IMG/VR virus record: IMGVR_UViG_3300032285_002723
Coordinates: 24,645-88,644 of that record
Direction: 5' to 3' (one strand)
Length of the DNA: 64,000 nt
Source: a virus
Shown here: piece by piece, positions 26,639 to 37,077 of the stretch
Numbering within the stretch: the first letter of the stretch is position 1
Layout of the letters: the number at the start of each line of letters is the position of its first letter
Notes under the pieces: generated by a model
What the model saw: the letters and a program-made list of their open reading frames with translations, nothing else
What the model was told of the DNA's origin: nothing
Database searches by the model: none
Position numbers and translations under genes: made by a program

Positions 26639-28268
26639 TTCTTTATTTGCACCAGAAAAAATAATAGGTTCCCAGAAAGGAAGTAAAGAATCAGCACTGA
26701 ATTTTATTTCTGGTGGATCTCCTATTGGATTATCTATGCTTTCTGGTGCGAAGAATAATATTGTTGGATTTAATAGAGCAAAGATTTCACCAAAAAAGAA
26801 TAATTTGGGATCTTTGATTAGCACTTTAACTACTAATATTTTTAATAATACAAATTCAGTTTCAAATATTTTTGGAGATAAAAAAGAAAAATCAGAAAAA
26901 GGATTTAAACCATTTAATGGATTTTTTGATAAAGTAAAAGAAGCAATTGGATTTATTAGTTTCTTTGGTTCAAAGAAAAATTTAGATAAAATCAAAGAAA
27001 ATATAGAAAATTTAAAAACTACATTTACAGAAACATTTGATGTAGCAAAAGCATTAAGAAAAGCAATACTTAAAATCATAGAACAACTATCAGGGTTTTC
27101 TGGTGGTGGAGGTGGTGGAGGAATAATTGGTGCTATAATGTCAGCACTTGGTGGATTGGTTGGTGGATTGATTCCTGGAATGGGAGGAAAACGACCACCA
27201 AATGTTGCTGGTCCTGCAATGAAACAAGAAGGAAATTTACTATCAAAAATGCCAAAAGGATTAAAAGGTGGCGGTGGTGGAATTGGTAAATTGCTTTTGG
27301 GTGGTGCTGCTGCTGTTGGAACAGGTGCTGCTATAAGTGGTCTTTCGCAACCTGGCGGTGAAGATGTTCAACCTGGAGATACCGCACCAGAAGTTCCTGG
27401 AAATGTTCTTGATAAATTTAATTCAATTTTGGATAGATTTGATAAAATACTTGATGGATTGAAGGGAGGAAAGGGAACAAAAGGTTCAGGATCTGGAACA
27501 GGATCAAAGTCTTCTGGTTCTGGCACTACTCCTCCTGGTCCTAATCCGACAATAACACCAATTGATACTTCTGGGAAATTATCTGGTTCAACTGCAGCAC
27601 AGCAAGCATTTACATATTTTAAAAGTAAAGGGTTGTCTGATGAAGATTCTGCAGCAATTGTGGGAAATCTGTTGCAAGAAAACAGAGCAATGGATCCAAC
27701 ATTGACTAATAGTATTGGTATGAAGGGAATAGCACAATGGGATGCAAATAGATGGTCTGGTCTTCAAGCATTTGCAGAAAGTAAAGGATTAGATCCAAAT
27801 AAACGTGAAACTCAATTGCAATATGTTTATTATGAATTTGCTACTGGAAAAGGAGGACTTGGATTAAACAGATTGAAGGGAACTCCCGGAATTGAAGCAA
27901 AGACAAAACTTGTAAGAACAGATTATGAGAGACCAGGAGAAGCAGAAGCTAATGATGCACAGCGTCTTCAATATGCTAAAGATGTGATGAAATATTCTGG
28001 GAAAATACCTACAGCGCCAATAGCACCATCAGTAGAACAGTTGAGAAGAGCACCAGCAGCAAAAGCATCTGGAGCAGAAGCACCGCAAGTAAGTTTGGTT
28101 AATGTTGGTAGTGGAACACCACAAGCATCACCATCACGACCATCAAGCACAACTACACCACCATCACCAACTGGTGGAAATGGACCAACTACTCCATTTT
28201 TGCCTTCATATAATCCAGATAACTTCTTAACATTATATTCAAGAATGGTTTATAATATTGTCGGATAA
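26631..28268 (+). CDS. Tape-measure-like protein with a phage tail lysozyme domain
   Basis: Gly/Ala-rich helical region; AAIVGNL.QE...GIAQW..RW....QL.Y...E....YERP motif. Confidence 0.65.
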   Translation: MRNSLFAPEKIIGSQKGSKESALNFISGGSPIGLSMLSGAKNNIVGFNRAKISPKKNNLGSLISTLTTNIFNNTNSVSNIFGDKKEKSEKGFKPFNGFFDKVKEAIGFISFFGSKKNLDKIKENIENLKTTFTETFDVAKALRKAILKIIEQLSGFSGGGGGGGIIGAIMSALGGLVGGLIPGMGGKRPPNVAGPAMKQEGNLLSKMPKGLKGGGGGIGKLLLGGAAAVGTGAAISGLSQPGGEDVQPGDTAPEVPGNVLDKFNSILDRFDKILDGLKGGKGTKGSGSGTGSKSSGSGTTPPGPNPTITPIDTSGKLSGSTAAQQAFTYFKSKGLSDEDSAAIVGNLLQENRAMDPTLTNSIGMKGIAQWDANRWSGLQAFAESKGLDPNKRETQLQYVYYEFATGKGGLGLNRLKGTPGIEAKTKLVRTDYERPGEAEANDAQRLQYAKDVMKYSGKIPTAPIAPSVEQLRRAPAAKASGAEAPQVSLVNVGSGTPQASPSRPSSTTTPPSPTGGNGPTTPFLPSYNPDNFLTLYSRMVYNIVG

Positions 28269-30028
28269 TGGAAACTAAACTTTTTTCTCCACTACTGTCA
28301 TCTGCAAATAATATTGTAAAAATGAAGCGTTCTTTACCAAAAAGAGCAAGGGATTATGATGATTTTATTAATTGGTTGGACACAAGCAATAAAGATATTA
28401 AAAAAATAAAATTACCAAAAAAGAAGAAAGTAGAAGATCTTCAATTTTCTGTTGGATCCTCTCTTGGTGGAGGAGGTGGTGGGAATTTGATTGGTAATTT
28501 ACTTGGTGGATTAGGTGCTCTTGGTGCAGGATTGGGATTGAGAACTTTATTTAAAGGAAAAAAGGTTAATAAATTACCAAAAGAAAAGGTTGGCAAAATT
28601 AAAGGAATTCCAAATGAAAGATTGAATAATATTAAAGAAGCACCAAAAGGAAGATTTGGAAGAATTGCTGGACCATTGAATGTTGCTTTTGCTGGTCTTG
28701 ACTTTATGGGAAGGAAGGGTGAAGGGCAATCAAATCTTCAAGCAGGAGTTGGTGCTGCTGGTGGAGCGTTGGGTGGATGGGCAGGTGCCGAAGCAGGCGC
28801 AGCAGCAGGCGCAGCAATTGGAGCATTGTTTGGTGGAGTTGGTGCAGTTCCAGGTGCAATAATTGGTGGATTGATTGGTGGAATTGGTGGAGGGCAACTT
28901 GGTGGAAATTTAGCAGATAAATTAACTGGTGCTGATAAAATAGATCAGAGACTAAAATCACAAGAAAAGAAACAAAAAGAAGCAGCATCTTCAGATATAA
29001 CTTTTCCAGATATAGTTAATAAATTTGATAAAATCATTAGCAAGTTTGAGAAATTTGCTACTGGTATGGGTGCTGCAATATCTGGAAAGCAACCATCAAA
29101 AGCAGGTAATGGTGAATATGAACCATCAGATCAACCACTTGCTCCAAACGATCCAACAGAACCACCACCTCCTCCACTTCCTCCTGGTATCTTTGCAAAA
29201 GCACCAGATGAAGTATTATCTGATGCAGCATCATTCCGACAAGCATTTCCATTAGCAAAAGCAACTCCAAAATCTTCTTTGGAACCTTATGAATTGCAGA
29301 TGAGAGAAAATGATTCTCTTGGATCTTTGGGAAATGATCCACAAGTAGATCCTGTACATACAACAGGATCAGCGCATTATGAAAATAGAGCAATTGATAT
29401 TCCTGTAAATAATATGGATCTTGGTGATAAAGTTGCTAATTGGTGGAGAGGTAAAGGATATAAAGTTTTATGGAGAGTTGCGGGGCATTATAACCACGTT
29501 CACGTTCAATGGGCAAAAGGACAGAAGAAAGATAAACCAAATTCTCCTCAAAATAATAAAGTTAATACAATAACAAAGCAACAATCAATTGAAGATTTTA
29601 TTAAAGGAACTAAAAGTGGCGATAGAATACTTAATGATCCCAAATTAAAAGCACAATTAACAGGAGAAAAATATCAGTTTAAAAATACAATGGTAAAAAC
29701 ACCAGTATCTGATCCTGAAGTGAAACAAGCACAGCAAATGTATAATGCTTATGTTCGTGATATAAGATCAAGACAACAAGATCAAGTAAAAGCACAAACA
29801 GGGGATCAAATACCAACACAAATTTTGACACCACCACCAACTGCAGCACAACAATCTGCAATATTTTTAATGGGAGATCAAAGTCAACAAGTTGCATCAC
29901 AACCACAAGTTGTTCCAATTCCAATTGGAAATGGAGGTGGAGGTGTTGCAGTTATAATGCCATCCGAAGGTCAGATATTAAATAGTCTATGGACTACAAT
30001 GCTCCTCACTAATCTTTCTTCAGCATAA
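28268..30028 (+). CDS. Tape-measure-like protein with a LAS/M15-type metallopeptidase domain
   Basis: Glycine-zipper segments; SAHYENRAID...HYNHVHV zinc motif. Confidence 0.6.
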   Translation: METKLFSPLLSSANNIVKMKRSLPKRARDYDDFINWLDTSNKDIKKIKLPKKKKVEDLQFSVGSSLGGGGGGNLIGNLLGGLGALGAGLGLRTLFKGKKVNKLPKEKVGKIKGIPNERLNNIKEAPKGRFGRIAGPLNVAFAGLDFMGRKGEGQSNLQAGVGAAGGALGGWAGAEAGAAAGAAIGALFGGVGAVPGAIIGGLIGGIGGGQLGGNLADKLTGADKIDQRLKSQEKKQKEAASSDITFPDIVNKFDKIISKFEKFATGMGAAISGKQPSKAGNGEYEPSDQPLAPNDPTEPPPPPLPPGIFAKAPDEVLSDAASFRQAFPLAKATPKSSLEPYELQMRENDSLGSLGNDPQVDPVHTTGSAHYENRAIDIPVNNMDLGDKVANWWRGKGYKVLWRVAGHYNHVHVQWAKGQKKDKPNSPQNNKVNTITKQQSIEDFIKGTKSGDRILNDPKLKAQLTGEKYQFKNTMVKTPVSDPEVKQAQQMYNAYVRDIRSRQQDQVKAQTGDQIPTQILTPPPTAAQQSAIFLMGDQSQQVASQPQVVPIPIGNGGGGVAVIMPSEGQILNSLWTTMLLTNLSSA

Positions 30029-31350
30029 TGGCAGTCGCAGTATCGGGTTTAAGATATCAATCAGTTACCATTCAATCATTAGATGGTAAGAATAAAATTG
30101 ATTTAACCAATTCAATTACATCAGTGGATTATTATGAGGATATTTTATCTCCTTGTATAACAATGACAATGGATGTTATTAACTCATATTCTATTTTCAA
30201 TAGACTTCCAATTCGTGGTGGTGAAAGTGTTTCAATGGAAATTGAAACTGCTTCTGGAACATTCTTATTGGATGGCGACAATGCAATGTATGTGTATAAA
30301 GTAAGTAATCTTGATGCACAAAATACAAATGAATCATTCACTTTACATCTTGTTTCAAGAGAAGGATTGACAAATGAAACTGCAAGATGTCAAACTGTGT
30401 ATAGAGGAAATTTACAAAATACTGTAACTAAAATTCTCAAAGATGATTTGAAGACAAAAAAATTCAAATCTGAAAATATAGAACCAACATCAAATTCGTA
30501 TTCTTTTATTGGAAATAACAAAAAACCATTTCATACTTTACAATGGTTGGGACCAAAAGCAGTTCCTACAACTTTTGGTGGACCAACAGGAACTTCTGGT
30601 GGTGATCAAAGTGGAATAGCAAAAGGAACTGCTGGATTTTTCTTTTATGAAAATAAAGATGGATTTAATTTTAGAAGCATTGATAGTTTGGTATCAAATA
30701 CAAGAATAGCAGTATCAAGTGCAAATAAGAAAAAAGTTTATAATTATAGTTACGATCAATTTGTAATTGAACATAATAGTTTAAACAATAACTTCAAAAT
30801 TATTAATTATAATTTTGAAAAAAATATTGATTTAATGAAATCTTTAAGAGTTGGTATGTATTCCAACAAAACTTATTTTTATGATCTTTTTAGTAATTCA
30901 TTGGATGTGTATAAGTATACGCTAAAAGATCAAGTCAAAAATAAACTTGGTGCTGCTGAAAGTATTGCTGTATCTGATGAATTTGGTGATAGTATTTCTC
31001 GTATTATGGTAAAGGTTGCAGATCGTGGAGTATTAAATTCTAATGGTTCTGTGAATGATAAGTTAAGAAGTGGTGCTGATATGGCGATGGCATATTCAAG
31101 ATACAATTTATTATTCAGCCAAGCACTAAATATGAATGTGCCGTTGAATATCAATCTTAAATGTGGTGATATAATTTATGCACAGTTTCCAAAAATGGAA
31201 CCTGCAAATACTGGAGAAGTAGATCCAGAACAAAGTGGATTTTATCTAATTAAAGAATTAAGACATCATTTTGACCCTACTAATAAAATGCTTACATCTA
31301 TGAGACTAGTTCGTGATAGTTACGGATTATACGGACCTAAAAACGTTTAA
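30028..31350 (+). CDS. Baseplate hub protein (gp27-like)
   Basis: YYEDILSP, LPIRGGE, FFYE..DGF.F.SID.L, SG.YLIKEL.H; lies upstream of gp5. Confidence 0.65.
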   Translation: MAVAVSGLRYQSVTIQSLDGKNKIDLTNSITSVDYYEDILSPCITMTMDVINSYSIFNRLPIRGGESVSMEIETASGTFLLDGDNAMYVYKVSNLDAQNTNESFTLHLVSREGLTNETARCQTVYRGNLQNTVTKILKDDLKTKKFKSENIEPTSNSYSFIGNNKKPFHTLQWLGPKAVPTTFGGPTGTSGGDQSGIAKGTAGFFFYENKDGFNFRSIDSLVSNTRIAVSSANKKKVYNYSYDQFVIEHNSLNNNFKIINYNFEKNIDLMKSLRVGMYSNKTYFYDLFSNSLDVYKYTLKDQVKNKLGAAESIAVSDEFGDSISRIMVKVADRGVLNSNGSVNDKLRSGADMAMAYSRYNLLFSQALNMNVPLNINLKCGDIIYAQFPKMEPANTGEVDPEQSGFYLIKELRHHFDPTNKMLTSMRLVRDSYGLYGPKNV

Positions 31351-31352
31351 AT

Positions 31353-31562
31353 ATGGAACTACAAGAATTAATTAACGACATATGTGAAGAATTAGAAAAT
31401 TCTTCAATGAATAGTCAGAGAAGAAGATACTTACAAAATTATTTGCAAGAAATTTTAGAATATCAAAAAAATAATCCACATAATAAAGAAGTTCCAACTT
31501 CATTGGAATTGTTTTGCGATTTAAACCCAAACGCATTGGAGTGTAGAATTTACGATGATTGA
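31353..31562 (+). CDS. cp12: CP12 Calvin-cycle inhibitor (phage type)
   Basis: C-terminal PTSLELFCDLNPNALECRIYDD with the CP12 Cys pair. Confidence 0.85.
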   Translation: MELQELINDICEELENSSMNSQRRRYLQNYLQEILEYQKNNPHNKEVPTSLELFCDLNPNALECRIYDD

Positions 31563-33798
31563 AGAGTCTTTATTAAAATCCAATTATATCGGTAAAGATG
31601 GATTTAATTGGTGGATTGGTCAAGTTGCACATTCAAATTATTGGAAAAAGGCAGCAGATTATTTCAATGGCGATTGGAATTATCGTTGCAAAGTAAGAAT
31701 TATTGGATATCATCCTTTTTCTGGATCAGTTTTAAGTGATAATGATTTGCCTTGGGCACAGGTGATGATAGATCCTGCTTTTGGTAGTGGACAAGGTGGA
31801 ACAGGAAAAACATTAGATCTAAAAGGTGGAGAAACTTGTTTTGGTTTTTTTATGGATGGTGATGACGCACAACAACCAGTAGTTATTGGTCTTCTTCATA
31901 GAAGTGATGGAGTTAAGAATTTAATTAGTGAGGAGAATGTACAAGCAGATTTAAGTTCAGGATTTAAACCATTTACTGGACATCCTGGAAATAAAGTTAA
32001 GGCAACACAATTAGAAGCAAGGAAAAGTAAAGAAATAGATCAAACAAATCCAACAGCATCCACAACACAAGAAACACCTCCAATACCTCTTTCTTTTTCT
32101 AATGCGGCAAATCTTAATTTGGGTGTAGGTGCTGGAATTACAAATGCTAATGTTTCTTGGGATAGTGCAAAAGGATATACATCAGGGATAAAAGGATTTA
32201 ATCTTAACTTAAATTTGGCAGGAGATAGATTAGTTTGTCAAGCACAATCAACTTATGGTATAGAAAAAAAATGTGATAGAACTTATATTAGTGCAAATGG
32301 TTGTCAAAATAATTTAATCGGACAAATCACACAAGGACTTCAAGATTTTATTGCATTTACAAATGGATTAGATAAGTATTTGAGCACTTATATTGATCCA
32401 GTATTAAATGAAATTGTAGATATTGGTCAATCAATTGCGAATTGTGCTAGACAAATTGGTGGAATTATAAAATTAATTATTAATAATTTAAGAAATACAA
32501 TTTTTAAATGTATTGTTTGGGCATTTAGAAAACTTGTAGGATTGGTTGTTCCTCCTCCACAACAGACAATTGTTTTGGAAGCGATGAAAAAAATATTGGA
32601 TAGTATTTTTTGTATTTTAGAAAAACTTCCTGCGGGAATTATTGATTATACCAAAGGTCTTCTTGGTGATTTAGCAGCAAATAATATCAATTCACCAGTT
32701 TGTGCTGTGGAGCAATGGACTGCTGGAATTTTAGCAAAAGTAATGGATAGTATGGAAAGCTCACTTTCTACTATTATGTCTGGAATTGGTTGGTTGACTG
32801 GTGGACTTTCAACTGTTTCTGGAATTTTAAATCAAGCAAGTTCATTGGCGTCACAAATTTTTAGTTTTCTTGAATGCACTGGTCTTGCTTGTAAAACTCC
32901 AAGTGTATGGGCATCTAAATTTGGTCCAAGTGAAAAAGAAGCAGACGATTGGCAAAAAATGGTTGGTAGTGTGAATGTATTTAAAGGTGTAAGTGATGGG
33001 TTAGGTTCATTGGAAGAAGCAATGTATCAAACACCACTTTATGGTGGAATAACTGGAGAATTTAATAGTATATTTGATCAATGTAATCAAAAAGTTCAAA
33101 ATCCAACAAATCAAGAAGACATCGTTCCATTACCAGTAGGATCAAAATATTCAACTTGTGTTCCACCAATTGTTAGAATTTTTGGAGATGGTATGGGTGC
33201 GAGAGCAATACCAATTGTAGATTCTACTGGATCTATTTTTTCAGTAGAAATTATTGACGGTGGATTTGGATATACAAGTCCCCCAACAATTTCCATTGTT
33301 GATAACAGTGGTTGTGGTTCTGGAGCACAAGCACAAAGTATTATTGATCAAGATGCTGGTAATATTACATCAATTTATATGACTAGTGTTGGGTTTGGAT
33401 ATGCACCTGGAAATTATACAAATATTGGTATTGACACCGCAGGAATTGGAACCAATAGAAATATTTCAAATACTGGAAAAGTTTCTGGTTGTATTCAAAA
33501 TATAATTGTGACTGCACCTGGATATGGTTATACAACAGGAGACCGAATAACTGATGGGACAAATACTTATGTTCCTATAGTAACTCCTGGTTCTGGTGCA
33601 ATTATAGGAATTGAACCATTAAGAACTCCAGTTTGCGGATTTGATAAGGCACCAACATTAACTATAAATACCAGATCAGGAGTTGCTGCAGATCTTGTTC
33701 CAATTATGAAATTTACTCCAACATATACTACAGTTGATCAAAATAAAGTAAATCAAGCAGCAATTTCAGGTATTACATCAGTGGTGGATTGTATATGA
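31555..33798 (+). CDS. gp5: Baseplate central spike gp5-like protein (OB-fold N-terminus)
   Basis: G.DGF.WWIGQV, R.KVRIIGYH, LPWA, GFFMDG.DAQQPVV.G. Confidence 0.8.
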   Translation: MIEESLLKSNYIGKDGFNWWIGQVAHSNYWKKAADYFNGDWNYRCKVRIIGYHPFSGSVLSDNDLPWAQVMIDPAFGSGQGGTGKTLDLKGGETCFGFFMDGDDAQQPVVIGLLHRSDGVKNLISEENVQADLSSGFKPFTGHPGNKVKATQLEARKSKEIDQTNPTASTTQETPPIPLSFSNAANLNLGVGAGITNANVSWDSAKGYTSGIKGFNLNLNLAGDRLVCQAQSTYGIEKKCDRTYISANGCQNNLIGQITQGLQDFIAFTNGLDKYLSTYIDPVLNEIVDIGQSIANCARQIGGIIKLIINNLRNTIFKCIVWAFRKLVGLVVPPPQQTIVLEAMKKILDSIFCILEKLPAGIIDYTKGLLGDLAANNINSPVCAVEQWTAGILAKVMDSMESSLSTIMSGIGWLTGGLSTVSGILNQASSLASQIFSFLECTGLACKTPSVWASKFGPSEKEADDWQKMVGSVNVFKGVSDGLGSLEEAMYQTPLYGGITGEFNSIFDQCNQKVQNPTNQEDIVPLPVGSKYSTCVPPIVRIFGDGMGARAIPIVDSTGSIFSVEIIDGGFGYTSPPTISIVDNSGCGSGAQAQSIIDQDAGNITSIYMTSVGFGYAPGNYTNIGIDTAGIGTNRNISNTGKVSGCIQNIIVTAPGYGYTTGDRITDGTNTYVPIVTPGSGAIIGIEPLRTPVCGFDKAPTLTINTRSGVAADLVPIMKFTPTYTTVDQNKVNQAAISGITSVVDCI

Positions 33799-34364
33799 GT
33801 AATTGTAACGAAAATCAACAAGTAACACAAACCGATTGGTATAGGTTTGAAGCTGGAACTAAAAGTTTTCAAAACGGTGATATAGAGTTGGGATTGTCAA
33901 CCCCAACCAAACAAGGAATTAATATGTATAAAAATGGAAATTGTGATTTTGCCATTAATGGAACACTAAAGGAAGTATCTGGATTTAATGTTAAGTCAGG
34001 TGTTCACGCAAGAATCATTGAAGCAGTAAATGGAGATATTCACATTAAAGCAAAGAATGGAACTATAACTCTTGAAGCGGCAAATATTCGTCTTGTTGGT
34101 GTTGATGGAACGGGTGGTGAAGTAACAATACAAGCATCAAAAACAGTTCATATGGATGCTCCTACAGTATCAACACAAGGAACAAATGTAACAATAGCAG
34201 GAGCTCAAAGTGCTAGTTTTGCTGGAAGCACTGCAGAAGTTACGGGTAGCGCACAAACCACCATAAGTTCTGGGGCAGAATCGGATAGTTCTTCTTTAAT
34301 GGGACAAATCCTAACTGCAATCAAAAAATTTAAGAAATTCTTTAGTTCTATTTGTTCTGATTAA
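33795..34364 (+). CDS. Spike beta-helix-like structural protein
   Basis: GDIHIKAKNGTITLEA.NI repeats; follows gp5. Confidence 0.55.
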   Translation: MSNCNENQQVTQTDWYRFEAGTKSFQNGDIELGLSTPTKQGINMYKNGNCDFAINGTLKEVSGFNVKSGVHARIIEAVNGDIHIKAKNGTITLEAANIRLVGVDGTGGEVTIQASKTVHMDAPTVSTQGTNVTIAGAQSASFAGSTAEVTGSAQTTISSGAESDSSSLMGQILTAIKKFKKFFSSICSD

Positions 34365-34366
34365 TT

Positions 34367-35173
34367 ATGGCAGATCTCACTATTGCGAATGTTGGTGAAA
34401 AACTTATAGTCGGGCAACTTGACACATCATTTATAACGGCTGGAGCAAAACTACTTCCAGGAACTGCTGTTTTAAATGGACCAGTTTTTATTGGACTTAC
34501 TCCACAAGCAGGTATTGCTCGTGCAACTTGTATGATTGCTCCCGCAATTCCTGTTCCTGGACTTACTATTCCAGCATCACTTGAAGTTGATGGCATTTCT
34601 AATTTTCTTGGTGCTACAAATCAATCAGGGGCATATACTTGCACTGGTGCATCGGTATTCAATGGAGCAAATGTTGCAAATGGAACTGTTGTTGTAAACT
34701 CACCTACAACAATTAACGGGGCATTTGTAGTCAATGGAGCAACACAGATTAATGGATTTTTGAGTTTTACAAGTTCAATTGTTGGAGTAACAAAATCATT
34801 TGACATCAAACATCCAACTAAAGAAGGGTATAGATTAAAATACGGTTGTATTGAAGGTCCAGAATATGGAGTATATTATAGAGGAAGATTAAAGAAATCA
34901 AATGTCATTGAACTTCCAAGTTATTGGATTGGATTAATAAATCCAGAAACTATTACAGTAAATTTAACTTCACATACTGTTTATCAAGAACTTTTTATTA
35001 AAGACATCAATTCCAACAAAATTTTTATAACTAATAATTCTGGAGGAACAATTGATTGTAGTTACGTTGTTTATGCAGAAAGATCTGATGTAAATAAATT
35101 AATAGTAGAATATGAAAGTGATGCAATGAAAGAAAATGATACAGTAAAACAACAACTTGAAGAAGACCTATAA
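34367..35173 (+). CDS. Structural protein with beta-helix and fibre-type C-terminal domain
   Basis: KSFDIKHP...L.YGCIEGPE.GVYYRG motif. Confidence 0.55.
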   Translation: MADLTIANVGEKLIVGQLDTSFITAGAKLLPGTAVLNGPVFIGLTPQAGIARATCMIAPAIPVPGLTIPASLEVDGISNFLGATNQSGAYTCTGASVFNGANVANGTVVVNSPTTINGAFVVNGATQINGFLSFTSSIVGVTKSFDIKHPTKEGYRLKYGCIEGPEYGVYYRGRLKKSNVIELPSYWIGLINPETITVNLTSHTVYQELFIKDINSNKIFITNNSGGTIDCSYVVYAERSDVNKLIVEYESDAMKENDTVKQQLEEDL

Positions 35174-36195
35174 TGACAAAACAAAATATTATAAACAATT
35201 ATAATTCAAAAATAAATTTATCAAAAAACCAATTACCCTCATTGGATAGTTATATAATTTCTTCGCAGTCTACAATTAATGAACTCAAATCTCCAGTTTC
35301 GCAAATAGATGAAAAAATTGCGGAATTGACAGTAGATTTAAATAAAGAAATTTACAATCTTTCTATAATTTCAAATGAAGCATTTGATTGTGGATGTGGA
35401 ACTACAACATTTATTATAGATTATTTGGGAGTTGGATATACTGCAATTTTGGGGGATATGTATTATTATGAACACGCAAAAGCACATCGTATAAATGCTG
35501 AAAATCCTTCATATTCGGACATATATCCATATGAACCTTTGAATGGAACTGATGGATCAACATCATTCAATTCTGGAATAGGTAATAGTACTATTGTTGT
35601 AGGTGCAGATTCTAATTCTATTTTGGAATTAATTGTAAACAATCCAGGTTCTGGTTTTCTGTCTTCCATATATTATGCACAACCTTTAACAGGGGGATCT
35701 GGTTCTGGTGCAAAAGCAGATATTGTAGTTTCTACTGGTGGAAGTATCACAAATGTAATTGTCAATAACGGTGGTAATGGATATTCTGTCAATGATACTT
35801 TAACTTCCTCCAATTTTGTTGGTGCATCATTTAAAGTTACTGATATTGGTTCTCCAATTCTTGGAATAGGTGAAGACACTTATATTGTAGCAAGTTCTGG
35901 TATTGGTAGTGTCTTTATACCTGATATAATCCCAGAAAATTCTAGTTCCTGTCCAACTTCTTGTTCTACATATAAAAATCAAGCAGATGTTATTATATCA
36001 AAGATTGAAAGAATTAGAAATCAAAGAGATGAAATACTTTCTGGATCCAATGCAATTAAAGTTGAAATGAAGCATTTGTATACGGAAAGGTATAGTTATG
36101 TTTTTGGAAAAAATAAAGTATTAGAAAGAAACGCAGAATTAAATAATCTCATAAATGTTTTAAATACTCCAGAATACAATCAATATTTTGTATGA
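35173..36195 (+). CDS. Putative structural protein
   Basis: GGSGSGAKA....GG.GY repeat module also present in gp5. Confidence 0.5.
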   Translation: MTKQNIINNYNSKINLSKNQLPSLDSYIISSQSTINELKSPVSQIDEKIAELTVDLNKEIYNLSIISNEAFDCGCGTTTFIIDYLGVGYTAILGDMYYYEHAKAHRINAENPSYSDIYPYEPLNGTDGSTSFNSGIGNSTIVVGADSNSILELIVNNPGSGFLSSIYYAQPLTGGSGSGAKADIVVSTGGSITNVIVNNGGNGYSVNDTLTSSNFVGASFKVTDIGSPILGIGEDTYIVASSGIGSVFIPDIIPENSSSCPTSCSTYKNQADVIISKIERIRNQRDEILSGSNAIKVEMKHLYTERYSYVFGKNKVLERNAELNNLINVLNTPEYNQYFV

Positions 36196-36641
36196 GCACT
36201 CTTTTAATAGACAATAGAACTGGAATAACTACAACGACTGAATTGTTTGGAGATTTTTTAAATTTATATTTGAGAGAAAATCCAGAAATAACAGTGATAG
36301 GAATTTCTTCTGCATCTTCTACTCAATATTATCAATCAAATACACAAGTTATTCTTTCTACTACCAATTTAACTACTATTGAAAGATCTCCTATTGATTT
36401 GTATCGTTCTATAAAATCACAAGTTCAAATATCTCAAGGATCATTATATCAAGCATCAGATATAATGATTATTCACAATGACATTAATTCAAGTATTATA
36501 GAACAGGCATCCACAGCAACTAGTAATTATCTTGCAGATTTTTCAACTACAATTCAAGAAAATAATGCGGTTCTTCAAGTGAAATTGGTAAATCCAGGGA
36601 ATGCTTCAATTAAAATTTTTAGTCTCAAGTATCCAGTTTAA
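36192..36641 (+). CDS. Hypothetical (probably structural) protein
   Basis: Coupled ORF in the structural operon. Confidence 0.5.
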   Translation: MSTLLIDNRTGITTTTELFGDFLNLYLRENPEITVIGISSASSTQYYQSNTQVILSTTNLTTIERSPIDLYRSIKSQVQISQGSLYQASDIMIIHNDINSSIIEQASTATSNYLADFSTTIQENNAVLQVKLVNPGNASIKIFSLKYPV

Positions 36642-36712
36642 AAAGTGGCACAAGACCTTGAATTCTGCCGTCTTTCTGTGGTAGAATAAAGAGGTCTCAA
36701 ACCATACATACA

Positions 36713-36886
36713 ATGCAAATCACCCGAGAAAAACTGACAGATCTCCGACAACTTCAAGAAGATATGGCATCACATTTTGTCAATGAGAACTTTCCTGTTA
36801 GTGGTGAAACATATTGGACTTGTGTGGAATGCCTTGCAACTGCGAAACTTGCTGAACTTCGTGGTGAATTGGTTTATGGAGATTGA
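36713..36886 (+). CDS. 57-aa hypothetical protein (not in the ORF track)
   Basis: MQITREKLTDLRQLQEDMASHF...VSGETYWTCVECLATAKLAEL; GAGG RBS. Confidence 0.6.
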   Translation: MQITREKLTDLRQLQEDMASHFVNENFPVSGETYWTCVECLATAKLAELRGELVYGD

Positions 36887-36911
36887 CAGGGTGGTTGGGA
36901 TCTGATATACT
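36883..36911 (+). promoter_or_regulatory. Sigma70 promoter for the tRNA
   Basis: TTGACA-17-TATACT with extended TG. Confidence 0.75.
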
Positions 36912-36961
36912 ATTAAGGTGTGAAGGAAGATGCGCTGGAAAGGAGAAATCCTTTCCGCCTT

Positions 36962-37045
36962 GGGCGTGTGGTGAAATTGGTATCCACAACAAACTTAAAA
37001 TTTGTCGGCCGTAAGGCCATGCGAGTTCAAGTCTCGCCATGCCCA
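36962..37045 (+). tRNA. trnL: tRNA-Leu(UAA), long variable arm, CCA not encoded
   Basis: Acceptor stem GGGCGTG/CATGCCC; anticodon arm ACAAA-CTTAAAA-TTTGT; variable arm GGCC-GTAA-GGCC; T arm GCGAG-TTCAAGT-CTCGC. Confidence 0.93.
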
Positions 37046-37077
37046 TTAAAATAAATATAAGTTATTAAAATAATCAA

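Noticed and set aside
36798-37046. 82-aa minus-strand ORF
   Set aside because: Antisense to the tRNA and its promoter
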